Of a DNA stretch of 64,000 nucleotides, positions 47,508-56,947 are shown piece by piece (the first letter of the stretch is position 1; every line of letters starts with the position of its first letter). The notes under the pieces are model-generated. The model ran no database searches and had not been told where the DNA came from. It saw nothing but the letters and a program-made list of their open reading frames with translations. The DNA is from Acidimicrobiales bacterium (GTDB lineage: Bacteria > Actinomycetota > Acidimicrobiia > Acidimicrobiales > Salinilacustritrichaceae). The position numbers and the translations under genes are program-made. The DNA lies in assembly GCA_034522155.1 (NCBI GenBank), contig JAXHLP010000002.1, positions 108,280 through 172,279 of the forward strand, read 5' to 3'.

Positions 47508-48286
47508 CAGTCGTCGCCCTCGTCGTCGGTCGCGTCCTCGTCCGCCGCTGCCGCGTCGGCGGCGCGGGGCGTGCCCACCAGCGGTCGGTACTCGCGGCCG
47601 ACGTCCTGGACCTCGGTGCCGATGGCGGCACGGATCATCGTGATGTCGCCGGCGGCCTGTGCGTGCACGATCGCTTCGACCTGATCGAAGTCGGCCAGGG
47701 CGAGCCGGACGATCACCTGCTCGCTCCCCGACAGCACCGGGCCCGAGGCCCCGCTCACCTCGAGCACCCGTGCATCGACCGCGACCAGTTCGGTCACGTC
47801 GCCGCTCCAGGTCGAGAAGACGTCGACCCGCTCGCCGGAATGCAACCGGCCCACGGCCCGGCTCCCCGGCAGGGCGACGCTCACTTCGAGTGCCTCGTCG
47901 CCCTCGACGGGAGTGACCGTCGCCGACGCCTGGAGGAACTCGCCCTCGTCGACGGGTGCGACCACCTGGCGTCCGACGGCGGCCTCGGTGGTGCCGAACA
48001 AGCCGCGGACCTCGCCGGGGAGCTCGACCGCCACCATCGCCAGGTCGTCGGCGGTGATGGTCTCGCCGGCGCTCAGCGACCGGGCGGCGATCAGCACGTC
48101 GATCGTGTCGTCGGCCGTCGCGTTCGTGTAGGCGAGGAAGGTCCCGACGGCGGCCACCGCCATGAGGAGCCCGCCGATGACGGCGCGACCCGAGGGCAGG
48201 CCGACCCGGCGTTCGACCCGTCGCTCGGGTGCACGCGGAACCGCTGTTGCCGCACCCGCCTCGTTCCGTTGTGTGGTGGTCGTCAC
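47507..48286 (-). CDS. cpaB: CpaB/RcpC-like SAF-domain pilus assembly protein
   Basis: It has a TM anchor (AVIGGLLMAVAAVGTF), a SAF-like segment IAARSLSAGETIT, and an acidic tail. GTG 48286 is preferred because codons upstream have poor GC3. Confidence 0.65.
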   Translation of the reverse strand: MTTTTQRNEAGAATAVPRAPERRVERRVGLPSGRAVIGGLLMAVAAVGTFLAYTNATADDTIDVLIAARSLSAGETITADDLAMVAVELPGEVRGLFGTTEAAVGRQVVAPVDEGEFLQASATVTPVEGDEALEVSVALPGSRAVGRLHSGERVDVFSTWSGDVTELVAVDARVLEVSGASGPVLSGSEQVIVRLALADFDQVEAIVHAQAAGDITMIRAAIGTEVQDVGREYRPLVGTPRAADAAAADEDATDDEGDD

Positions 48287-48488
48287 CGTTCCGACGATCC
48301 GGCTTGCCCCGGCATGACCTGCCCCTTCCGCCTTCTCCCAACCGTGAAGGTGCGTTGAGCGTAGTCGACGCCAGCGCCGACATGGAAAAGCATCGAACAA
48401 CTCGAGAGTATGGCAGAAGTGTGGTCAGTCATGCTACGGTCATCTCGAAGGCCGCCGGCCGCTCACGCACGGGTAGGAGGGACCCCGA

Positions 48489-48728
48489 ATGACCGGATCT
48501 GTCGACTGGTTGTCGACCGCTGATGCCGCCAAGTCGTTGGGCATCACCACGCGGACGCTCTACCGGTTCATCAACCAGGGAGATCTGCCGGCGTATCGCT
48601 TCGGGCGGGTCATCCGGGTCAAGCGCGACGACGTCGACGAGTTCATCGAGGCGTCTCGCATCGAGCCCGGCACGCTCGACCATCTCTCACCCGACTCGTC
48701 CAGCGCGGACGAGAGCGCCGACGCGTAG
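48489..48728 (+). CDS. excisionase-family (MerR-like) helix-turn-helix DNA-binding protein
   Basis: 79 aa. ATG 48489 follows GGAGGGA. The HTH reads LSTADAAKSLGITTRTLYRFINQGDLPAYRFGRVIRVKRDDVDEFI. Confidence 0.8.
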   Translation: MTGSVDWLSTADAAKSLGITTRTLYRFINQGDLPAYRFGRVIRVKRDDVDEFIEASRIEPGTLDHLSPDSSSADESADA

Positions 48729-48774
48729 CTGCCCCGATCGGGTGTCCCCGATGCCGGCGTCCCCGATGCCGGTG

Positions 48775-49389
48775 TCACGGCTCGATGACGAGCATGCTCA
48801 CCGCTCGCAGCGGCACCCACGTCGGCGTGGGTGGATCGCCGCCCACGCGCAGCGCCAGCACGTCGATGCCGGCACTGCGCAGCTCGCCCCGGACGACCAC
48901 CCCGTCGCGGCTGCGCACGAGCACGTCCGGACGGTCGGCAGCGATGGGTCCCATCACCGCGTCGAGGGTCAGGTCGTAGCGGGCCGAGCGGTCGCCGCTC
49001 ACCTCGCCGGTCCCGGGCTCGGCGCGCACGGCGACGATGTCGTCGGTGCGCACCAGCACCTGCTGGGCCTGGTCGGACCGCACCGCCACGAAGTCGCCGC
49101 CGACGCCGACGAGCACGCCGCGCACGCGATGTCCTCCCACGTCGAGGACCACCGGTCGGTCACGTTCGGCCAGGTCGAGGAGCGCGCCGGCGAAGGTGGC
49201 GTCGCCCTCGGCCTGGATCCGCAGCCAGCGAGCCCTGATCCGCGCCCGGGCCGCCTCGTCGACCACGGCATCGGCCGCCCATCGCTGCAGCGATCGGTCG
49301 AGCGCGTCGGTGCCGCCGAGCAGGTCGCGGGCGACGCCGTCGGCATCCTGGTCGAGGCGGGCTTCTCGGGGCCGATCCACCGGTGTCAA
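48775..49389 (-). CDS. hypothetical protein
   Basis: Good GC3. TTG 49389 has GGAG 7 nt upstream, and a longer start would overlap phoH. No family was recognised. Confidence 0.45.
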   Translation of the reverse strand: MTPVDRPREARLDQDADGVARDLLGGTDALDRSLQRWAADAVVDEAARARIRARWLRIQAEGDATFAGALLDLAERDRPVVLDVGGHRVRGVLVGVGGDFVAVRSDQAQQVLVRTDDIVAVRAEPGTGEVSGDRSARYDLTLDAVMGPIAADRPDVLVRSRDGVVVRGELRSAGIDVLALRVGGDPPTPTWVPLRAVSMLVIEP

Positions 49390-49408
49390 CGGTAGGCTCC
49401 GAGCGATC

Positions 49409-50422
49409 GTGTCCTCATCCTCGACCCATTCCCGCCCGGAGATCACGACCAGCGTCCACTCCCCGGACACCCAGGTCACGGTCAACGTGCCCGGCAACCA
49501 TCTGATGGCCGCGTTGTTGGGTCACCGCGACGAGTTCCTGCGCCAGGTCGAGGACAGCTTCCCGCGCACCGACATCCACGCGCGCGGCAACGAGATCGCC
49601 CTCGACGGACCCGATGCGGCGTCGGTGGCCCGCGTGTTCTCCGAGTTGGTCGTGCTCGTCGACGAGGGCCAGGCGCTCGACGCCAACAGCGTGCGCCGCG
49701 CCATCGACATGGTCGTCCACGACGAGAAGCCTTCCGATCTGCTGGCCAGCGAGATCCTCAGGTCGGCGAAGGGCAACACCGTCCGCCCCAAGACCCAGGG
49801 CCAGCGCCGCTACATCGAGGCCATCCGCGACAACGTCATCACCTTCGGCATCGGCCCGGCCGGCACCGGGAAGTCGTGGCTGGCGGTGGCGATGGCGGTG
49901 CAGGCGCTCCAGCGCGACGAGGTCGAGCGGATCATCCTCACCCGGCCCGCGGTCGAGGCGGGCGAGCGGCTCGGCTTCCTGCCCGGCGACCTGATGGCCA
50001 AGATCGACCCGTACCTGCGGCCCCTCTACGACGCGCTGTACGACATGGTCGACCCCGAGGGTGCCCAACGCCTGCTCGACCGCGGTCTCGTCGAGGTCGC
50101 CCCGCTCGCGTTCATGCGCGGCCGTACGCTCAACGCCAGCTTCATCATCCTCGACGAGGCCCAGAACTCGACACCCGAGCAGATGAAGATGTTCCTCACC
50201 CGCATCGGATTCGGATCCAAGGTCGTGGTCACCGGCGACACCTCCCAGGTCGACGTGGCCGGCAACCGGTCGGGCCTGGCCGACCTCGAGCGGATCCTCA
50301 CCGGCATCCAGGGCCTCTCCTGGATCCACCTGGGGGCGCGTGACGTGGTCCGGCACCGCATCGTGCAGGACATCGTCAACGCCTACGACGTCGACGCCGA
50401 ACGGGGATCGTCGCAGTCGTGA
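49409..50422 (+). CDS. phoH: PhoH-like ATPase
   Basis: Walker A is GPAGTGKSW. The N-terminus TQVTVNVPGNHLMAALLGHRDEFLR is typical of PhoH, so GTG 49409 is proposed as the start. Confidence 0.9.
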   Translation: MSSSSTHSRPEITTSVHSPDTQVTVNVPGNHLMAALLGHRDEFLRQVEDSFPRTDIHARGNEIALDGPDAASVARVFSELVVLVDEGQALDANSVRRAIDMVVHDEKPSDLLASEILRSAKGNTVRPKTQGQRRYIEAIRDNVITFGIGPAGTGKSWLAVAMAVQALQRDEVERIILTRPAVEAGERLGFLPGDLMAKIDPYLRPLYDALYDMVDPEGAQRLLDRGLVEVAPLAFMRGRTLNASFIILDEAQNSTPEQMKMFLTRIGFGSKVVVTGDTSQVDVAGNRSGLADLERILTGIQGLSWIHLGARDVVRHRIVQDIVNAYDVDAERGSSQS

Positions 50423-50961
50423 GCGCCGAGGGACGGGTGCAGCGGGCCAGCGTGTTCGGCGTCGACGAGCAGCGCGCCGTCGCCGTCGACGTGCCGCGGT
50501 GGGTCGCGCTGGCCGAACGGGTCCTCGACGCCGAGCGGGCCCGGCCCGACGCGGAGCTGAGCCTCCTGTTCGTCGACGAGGCGGCCATGGCCGAGCTCAA
50601 CGAGCGACACATGGCTGCCAGCGGCCCCACTGACGTCCTCGCGTTCCCGATCGACGACGAGCCCGTCGAGCGGGGACGCTGGCCCGACCACGGCAGCGCG
50701 GGGCCCGACCGGCCGGTCGTCGATCCCGAGGACCTCCCGATGCTGCTCGGCGACGTCGTCGTCTGTCCCGCCGTGGCCGCGGCGCAGGCAGCCGATCACG
50801 CCGGCACGCCCCACCACACCGGCACCGTCGACGACGAGATCGCGCTGCTCGTCGTCCACGGCATCCTGCACGTGCTGGGGATGGACCATGCCGAGCCGGC
50901 TGAGACCGAGACGATGCAGGCACGCGAACGGGAGCTGCTCGCGCAGTTCCACACGTCGTGA
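50419..50961 (+). CDS. ybeY: rRNA maturation RNase YbeY
   Basis: GTG 50419 overlaps the phoH stop. The zinc motif is HGILHVLGMDH. Confidence 0.92.
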   Translation: MSAEGRVQRASVFGVDEQRAVAVDVPRWVALAERVLDAERARPDAELSLLFVDEAAMAELNERHMAASGPTDVLAFPIDDEPVERGRWPDHGSAGPDRPVVDPEDLPMLLGDVVVCPAVAAAQAADHAGTPHHTGTVDDEIALLVVHGILHVLGMDHAEPAETETMQARERELLAQFHTS

Positions 50962-50982
50962 CGGGACGGTGAACGACGACCC

Positions 50983-52245
50983 ATGATGGCCATCGTCACC
51001 GCGGTCGCTGTCGTGCTGCTGCTCTGTGTCGTCGCGATCCTGTCGCTGTGCGAGACCGTGCTCGTCCACGTGTCCGTGGCGAGGGCCACCACCATGGTCG
51101 AACAGGGCGACGAGCGCGCCGAGCGTCTCGTGCTCGAGCTCCACCGCCGGGAGGCGAACCTCGGCGCCGCGCTCGTCGTTCGGCTCGTGGCCCAGGTCGG
51201 CGTGGTCGGCTCGATCGTCGCGCTCGGTCGGGGCGAGGGCTTCTCCGCCGCCATGTGGCTGGCGGTGGCCGCCGCGATCGTCGTGCTCCTGGGTGTGGTC
51301 GAGGCGTTCGCCAAGACCGTGGCGCTGGTGCGCACCGAACAGGTGGCGCCCCGTGTCGCCGGCCTGGTGCGCGCCATCGGGCGGATCCCGCTGCTGGGCC
51401 TGCTCGGCCGGGCCCTGTCGTCCTTCGTGCGCCAGCGCAGCCCGGGCATCGACGACACCGAGGGCCCGCGGGTGTCGGAGGAGGAACTGCTCGCCCTCGC
51501 CGAGGTCGCGGTCGAGGCCGACGTGCTCGAGACGTCGGAGCATGCACTGATCGAGTCGATCATCGAGTTCGGCGACACCATCGTGCGTGAGGTGATGGTG
51601 CCCCGACCCGACATGGTCACCGTCGAGTCGCCGTGGGAGGTGAGCGAGGTGATGGAGGTCGTCATCCTCAACGGTTTCAGCCGCATTCCGGTCACGGGCG
51701 AGAGCATCGACGACGTGATCGGCATCGCCTACGCCAAGGACCTGATGCGGGCCGAGCGCGACGGCAACGGGGGCCACGCGGTGGGCGACCACATCCGCCA
51801 GGCGCGGTTCGTGCCCGAGCAGCAGCGGGTGTCGTCGTTGCTGCCCGAGATGCAGTCCCAGCAGTTCCACATGGCGGTGGTGGTCGACGAGTACGGCGGT
51901 GTCGCCGGCCTCGTGACGCTCGAGGACCTGATCGAGGAGCTCGTCGGCGAGATCGTCGACGAGTTCGACGTCGAGGACCCGATGGCCGAGCCGCTGCCCG
52001 ACGGCGCGTTCCGGGTCAATGCACGCATGCCGCTCGACGAGGTGAACGATCTGCTCGAGGCCGACCTCCCGGAGGGCGATTGGGACACCGTCGGCGGCTT
52101 GGTGTTCGGCACGCTCGGCCACGTGCCCCACGAGGGCGAGACGATCGAGCTGGGCGCCCACCGGCTCACCGCGGCGCGGGTCCAGGGCCGGCGGATCGGG
52201 ATCGTCCGCATCGACAAGCTCCGCGATGCCCACGCCGATGTCTGA
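50983..52245 (+). CDS. CNNM/CorC-family membrane protein (DUF21 + CBS pair + CorC_HlyC)
   Basis: 420 aa with N-terminal TM helices, CBS-like repeats and a transporter-associated C-terminal domain. Confidence 0.88.
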   Translation: MMAIVTAVAVVLLLCVVAILSLCETVLVHVSVARATTMVEQGDERAERLVLELHRREANLGAALVVRLVAQVGVVGSIVALGRGEGFSAAMWLAVAAAIVVLLGVVEAFAKTVALVRTEQVAPRVAGLVRAIGRIPLLGLLGRALSSFVRQRSPGIDDTEGPRVSEEELLALAEVAVEADVLETSEHALIESIIEFGDTIVREVMVPRPDMVTVESPWEVSEVMEVVILNGFSRIPVTGESIDDVIGIAYAKDLMRAERDGNGGHAVGDHIRQARFVPEQQRVSSLLPEMQSQQFHMAVVVDEYGGVAGLVTLEDLIEELVGEIVDEFDVEDPMAEPLPDGAFRVNARMPLDEVNDLLEADLPEGDWDTVGGLVFGTLGHVPHEGETIELGAHRLTAARVQGRRIGIVRIDKLRDAHADV

Positions 52246-52265
52246 CGACCCGGCCACGTTGCGCA

Positions 52266-52480
52266 GTGGATTCGTCACCCTGCTCGGACGGGGCTCGCCT
52301 TCGGCGAGCTTCGAGTTGTTCGGCTGGGCCTCACAACGTCGACGGTCGTTGCCGTGAGGTCCAGGTTCGTCACTCTGCTCGGACGGGGCTCGCCTTCGGC
52401 GAGCTTCGAGTTGTTCGGCTGGGCCTCACAACGTCGACGGTCGTTGCCGTGAGATCCGGATTCGTCACCCTGCTCGGACG
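52266..52480. repeat. 95-bp tandem repeat (about 2.3 copies) spanning the era start
   Basis: The 68-nt block 52291-52358 equals 52386-52453 (100% identity). Copies of the first about 27 nt of era flank each block. Confidence 0.9.
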
Positions 52481-53285
52481 TCCGAACGTGGGGAAGTCGA
52501 CGCTGCTCAACCGGATCCTCGGCGAGAAGGTCTCGATCGTCTCCGACAAGGTCCAGACGACGCGTTCGCAGGTCCGGGGTGTGCTCCACCGCGACGGCGC
52601 CCAGATCGTCTTCGTCGACACCCCCGGCATCCACAAGCCCCGCACGCCCCTCGGTGAGCGGCTCAACGCCACCGCGTCCGATTCGTTGGCCGGTGTCGAC
52701 CTCGTGTGCTTCCTGATCGACGCCACCCAGCCCATCGGCCGGGGCGACCGGTTCGTAGCCGCGCGCGTGCCCGCCGACGGCGTCCTCGTCGTCAACAAGT
52801 GCGATCGGGCGTCGCCCGAGCAGGTGCTCGAACAGCTCCGCACCGCGGCCGAGTTCGACCTGTCGGCCTACTTCCCGGTGTCGGCCCGAACGGGGGAGGG
52901 GGTCGACGAGCTACTGGACCACCTCGTCGGCCGGCTCCCGGAGGGCCCGCCGTACTACCCCGACGACATGATCACCGACCAACCCGACGCGACCTGGGTG
53001 GCCGAGCTCGTGCGCGAGCAGCTGCTGGCCGTCACACGCGACGAGCTCCCGCACTCCATCGCCACCCGCGTCACCGAGCTCGACTGGCCCTACATCCGGG
53101 TCGAGATCATGGTCGAGCGCGACTCGCAGAAGGGCATCGTCATCGGGCGCGACGGCGAGGTGCTCAAGCAGGTCGGCACCAAGGTGCGCAACCAGCTCCG
53201 CGAGGGCGCCTATCTCGAGCTGCAGGTGACCGTGCGCAAGGACTGGCAGCGCCGCCCGTCCGACCTCGACGACCTCGGCTTCTGA
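52449..53285 (+). CDS. era: GTPase Era
   Basis: GTG 52449. It has G1 GRPNVGKST, DTPG and NKCD motifs plus a KH domain tail. Confidence 0.93.
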   Translation: MRSGFVTLLGRPNVGKSTLLNRILGEKVSIVSDKVQTTRSQVRGVLHRDGAQIVFVDTPGIHKPRTPLGERLNATASDSLAGVDLVCFLIDATQPIGRGDRFVAARVPADGVLVVNKCDRASPEQVLEQLRTAAEFDLSAYFPVSARTGEGVDELLDHLVGRLPEGPPYYPDDMITDQPDATWVAELVREQLLAVTRDELPHSIATRVTELDWPYIRVEIMVERDSQKGIVIGRDGEVLKQVGTKVRNQLREGAYLELQVTVRKDWQRRPSDLDDLGF

Positions 53286-53288
53286 CCG

Positions 53289-55148
53289 TCAGCCGTCTCC
53301 GCGGAGCGACCGGAGGAACTCGGTCACCTCGGCCTGGTCCTTGGTCCGGTGCATCGGCGGCAAGCCCCGGACGAGGTCCCAGCGGTAGCGGGCGGTGGCG
53401 AGCCGGGGATCGAGCACGGCGACCACGCCCCGGTCCGTGGCGGTCCGGATCAGCCGGCCGGCGCCCTGGGCCAGGAGCGTGATGGCTCGGGGCAGGTCGA
53501 TCAGCCCGAACGCGTCGCGGCCCACCTGCTCGCGGCGGGCCTCCAGCAACGGATCGTCCGGCCGGGCGAAGGGGAGCTTGTCGACGATGACGCAGGAGAG
53601 CGTTTCGCCGGGTAGGTCGACGCCCTCCCAGAACGACAGCGTGGCGAACAGCGAGGTCTCGGGTGCGGCGGCGAACTGCGCGAGCAGCGCGGGCTTGGGG
53701 AGCTCGCCCTGGGCGAGGACCTCGGTGTCGAGTCGGGATCGCAACGCTTCGACCGCGACCTGCATCGCCCGCCACGACGTGAACAAGGCCATCGTCCGAC
53801 CGCCGGCCGCCTCGATCAGGGTGGCGATCTCGTCGTGGACGTCCTCGGCTCGCTGCTGGCGGGGGTCGGGGAGGTGGGCGGCGCAGTAGAGGACGGCGTT
53901 GGCCTCGTAGTCGAACGGTGAGCCCACGTCGAGCTCGTCGGTGGCGCCGGCGGGCATACCGAGCCGCTCGGGGAGCCGGGGCGGGATCGTGGCCGAGCAC
54001 AGGACTGCGGTGGTCTCGTCCCACAGGCGGTCGCGGAGCACGGCGCCGACGTCGATCGGCGCGACGCGGAGGCGGGCCGAGCCGGCGCGGCCCTCCACCC
54101 AGGCGACGCTGCCGGTGGGCACGACCGTGGCGGCGGTGAGGTCCTCGAGCAGGCTCGACAGCTGCTGGGTGGCCCGGTTGCGTCGCGCGACCACGTCGGG
54201 ATCGTGGTCGGGCACCTTGCGCAGCGCCGACGCGGCGTCGTCGAGCTTGGGTCGCAGCTGGGTGAGGACCTGCGCGAGCGCGCGGGGTGGCGGGTCGAGG
54301 CGCGTGCCGACGAGCTGGTCGAGCTCGTCGCCGAGCCGGGTGGCGAGCGCGAGCACGTCGGACGTCAGCTCGTCGTCGGCGATGACCCGGCCGACGGCGT
54401 TGACGGCGGCGCTCACCCGGCCCGCGGTGAGCTCGGCGCCGGCGGTGGAGGAGATCACCTCCTCGAACCGGTGGGCCTCGTCGACCACCACGAGGTCGTG
54501 GGGCGGGAGGACGACGGACCCGGCGGCCAGGTGCGTGCCGTAGAGGTAGGCGTTGACGACGACGACGTCGGCCTCGGCGGCCCGGTGGCGCGCCGACTCG
54601 GCGAAGCACACCTCGCCCTTCGGGCACTTCGTCGCGCCCGGGCACTCGTCGGAGCCGACCGACACCGTGTCCCAGACGGTGGCGCGGGGCTCGACCGCGA
54701 GCTCGGCACGGTCGCCCACCTCGGTCTCGGCCGCCCAGTTCAGCACGGCGACCAGGCCGGGGTCGTCGGCGTCGACGTCGAGCTTTCCCTGCCGGTCGTC
54801 GAGCAATTCTGCCACTCGCTGCTGGCACACGTAGTTCGACCGGCCCTTCAGGATCGCCCAGCTGAAGCCACCCACGTGCTCGTCGAGGAACGGGAGGTCC
54901 TTGGCCGCGAGCTGATCCTGCAGCGCCTTGGTGGCGGTGGCGACCACGGTCCGGCCGTGACTCCGGATGGCCGGCAGCAGGTAGGCGAGCGTCTTGCCCG
55001 TGCCCGTGCCGGCCTCGACCACGAGGTGGCGGCCCGATTCGATGCTCGCCTCGACCGCCGCGGCCATCTCGGCCTGTCCGTCGCGGAGCTCCCCGCCACC
55101 GGGCAGCTCGGCCACGACCGCGGCGAGGGCAGCGGGCAGATCAGACAT
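53289..55148 (-). CDS. dinG: DinG/XPD-like ATP-dependent DNA helicase
   Basis: It has Walker A AGTGTGKT, a DEAH box (VVDEAH), four Cys in the FeS-domain position (CQQ..C..C..C), and C-terminal helicase motifs. Starts at ATG 55148 or GTG 55178. Confidence 0.85.
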   Translation of the reverse strand: MSDLPAALAAVVAELPGGGELRDGQAEMAAAVEASIESGRHLVVEAGTGTGKTLAYLLPAIRSHGRTVVATATKALQDQLAAKDLPFLDEHVGGFSWAILKGRSNYVCQQRVAELLDDRQGKLDVDADDPGLVAVLNWAAETEVGDRAELAVEPRATVWDTVSVGSDECPGATKCPKGEVCFAESARHRAAEADVVVVNAYLYGTHLAAGSVVLPPHDLVVVDEAHRFEEVISSTAGAELTAGRVSAAVNAVGRVIADDELTSDVLALATRLGDELDQLVGTRLDPPPRALAQVLTQLRPKLDDAASALRKVPDHDPDVVARRNRATQQLSSLLEDLTAATVVPTGSVAWVEGRAGSARLRVAPIDVGAVLRDRLWDETTAVLCSATIPPRLPERLGMPAGATDELDVGSPFDYEANAVLYCAAHLPDPRQQRAEDVHDEIATLIEAAGGRTMALFTSWRAMQVAVEALRSRLDTEVLAQGELPKPALLAQFAAAPETSLFATLSFWEGVDLPGETLSCVIVDKLPFARPDDPLLEARREQVGRDAFGLIDLPRAITLLAQGAGRLIRTATDRGVVAVLDPRLATARYRWDLVRGLPPMHRTKDQAEVTEFLRSLRGDG

Positions 55149-55217
55149 CGGGCCGACGGTACTCGCAGGCACCGACACCGTGGACGAGCTCGGTGGCCTC
55201 CCGCTCCGGGGTAGGAC

Positions 55218-56111
55218 TCAGGTCTCGAGGCGGTCGACGACGGCACCGCTGCGGTTGGTGGCCAGCGCGACGGTCCCGTCGATCCGGGGGACGTCGATCG
55301 GGACCTCCACCGTGCCGTGGTCGTTCTCCCAGCGCATCACGTTGAGGAGCGAGCCGTAGACGATGAGCCGGCCGAAGAACGTGAGCCACAACAACGCGGC
55401 GACGACGATCCCGAGGGACCCGTAGAGCGCGGACGAGTTGGCCACCAATCGGGGGACGTAGACGGTGCCGATCAGCTTGAGCACCTCGAGGCCCACCCCG
55501 CAGGCCACGGCGCCGGGCAGGCGGGCCCGCCATCCGACCGGGACGCGTCCGAGGGCGACGAACAGCCAGAGGAAGAGCGCCACGTTGACGATGAGTCCGG
55601 CGAGGATCGAGAGGGGTGCGAAGAATCCGGGCAGGAAGTTGATGAGCGCGCTGAGCACGAACGAGCCGGCGAAGACGACCCCGGCGCCCAGCACGACGAG
55701 GACGGCCCGGGCCTTGTCCTTGAGCCCCTTGCCGAAGGTCTGCCACGTGCTGTCGACCACGCGCTGGAGCGCGGTGACGACCCCGAGTCCGGTCCACAGC
55801 AGGGTCACGACGCCGATCACGCCGGTGGCGCCTCGGGAGTCCGTCGCGGTCGAGATGGCTTCGCGGATGTCTTCGGCGAGCTGACCGTCGGGCGGCAGGC
55901 CCAGCGAGTCGATCAGGTCGCCGGCGAACGTGACGTCGCCTTCGGCGAGGAAGCCGATGACCGACACCGCGAGGATCAGCAGCGGGAACAGCGAGAGGAA
56001 CGCCTGCATGGCGATGCCGTTGGCCAGCGCGGTGCCCCGGATCATGGTGAACCGGTCCTGTAGCCGGAGGAGCGAACCGATCACGGGGAGGGCCGACAGT
56101 CGTTCCTTCAC
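55218..56111 (-). CDS. YihY/BrkB family membrane protein
   Basis: GTG 56111 follows GAAGGGGGG. It is polytopic, and GTALANGIAMQAFLSLFPLL is typical of YihY. Confidence 0.8.
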   Translation of the reverse strand: MKERLSALPVIGSLLRLQDRFTMIRGTALANGIAMQAFLSLFPLLILAVSVIGFLAEGDVTFAGDLIDSLGLPPDGQLAEDIREAISTATDSRGATGVIGVVTLLWTGLGVVTALQRVVDSTWQTFGKGLKDKARAVLVVLGAGVVFAGSFVLSALINFLPGFFAPLSILAGLIVNVALFLWLFVALGRVPVGWRARLPGAVACGVGLEVLKLIGTVYVPRLVANSSALYGSLGIVVAALLWLTFFGRLIVYGSLLNVMRWENDHGTVEVPIDVPRIDGTVALATNRSGAVVDRLET

Positions 56112-56211
56112 CGACCCCCCTTCTACCGCACGGGGTGCCACACGACATACGCCGCACGACGACGCCACCCAAGCGCGTGGTCGCCTCAGGACAGCACTAG
56201 CGTCAGACTCG

Positions 56212-56934
56212 ATGGAGATCCCCGGCATCGACCCCGAGCGCGTGCCTGCTCACATCGCCGCGGTGATGGACGGCAACGGCCGTTGGGCCAAGCAGCGGGG
56301 ACGCAAGCGCACCGAGGGTCATGCCGCCGGCGAAGAGGCCCTGCTCGACGCCACGTACGGCTGTCTCGACCTCGGCGTCCGGTGGTTCACGGTCTATGCC
56401 TTCTCCACCGAGAACTGGCGCCGTCCCGCCGACGAGGTCCGGTACCTGATGAACTTCAACGAGTCGCTCCTGCTGCGGCGCCGCGACGAGCTCCACGAGG
56501 AGAACGTCCGGATGCGGTTCATCGGCCGGCGCGACCGTCGGGTCCCGAAGCGGGTCCTCAAGCGGATGGACGAAGCCCTCGAGCTCACCCAGCACAACAC
56601 CCGGATGACGCTCACCATCGCGTTCAACTACGGCGGCCGGGCCGAGATCGTCGACGCGATCCGCTCGATCGTCGAGTCCGGCGTCAGCCCGGACAAGATC
56701 GACGAGGACCTCGTCGCCGAGCATCTCTACGACCCCGAGATGCCCGATCCCGACCTCATGGTCCGGACCTCGGGGGAGTACCGCATCTCCAACTACCTCC
56801 TCTGGCAGCTGGCCTACAGCGAACTGGTGTTCCCGGACGTGCTGTGGCCCGACTTCCGCCGCGAGCACCTGTTCGATGCCGTCCGCCAGTACCAGCACCG
56901 CGCCCGCCGCTTCGGCGGGGTCGACGAGAGTTGA
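56212..56934 (+). CDS. uppS: isoprenyl transferase (undecaprenyl-diphosphate synthase family)
   Basis: ATG 56212. Motifs are MDGNGRWA, FSTENW and RTSGE.RISN. Confidence 0.93.
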   Translation: MEIPGIDPERVPAHIAAVMDGNGRWAKQRGRKRTEGHAAGEEALLDATYGCLDLGVRWFTVYAFSTENWRRPADEVRYLMNFNESLLLRRRDELHEENVRMRFIGRRDRRVPKRVLKRMDEALELTQHNTRMTLTIAFNYGGRAEIVDAIRSIVESGVSPDKIDEDLVAEHLYDPEMPDPDLMVRTSGEYRISNYLLWQLAYSELVFPDVLWPDFRREHLFDAVRQYQHRARRFGGVDES

Positions 56935-56947
56935 CCGGGGCGGTCGG

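Noticed and set aside
50383-52278. 631-aa minus-strand ORF.
   Set aside because: It is antisense to ybeY and the CNNM/CorC gene, and has no family features.
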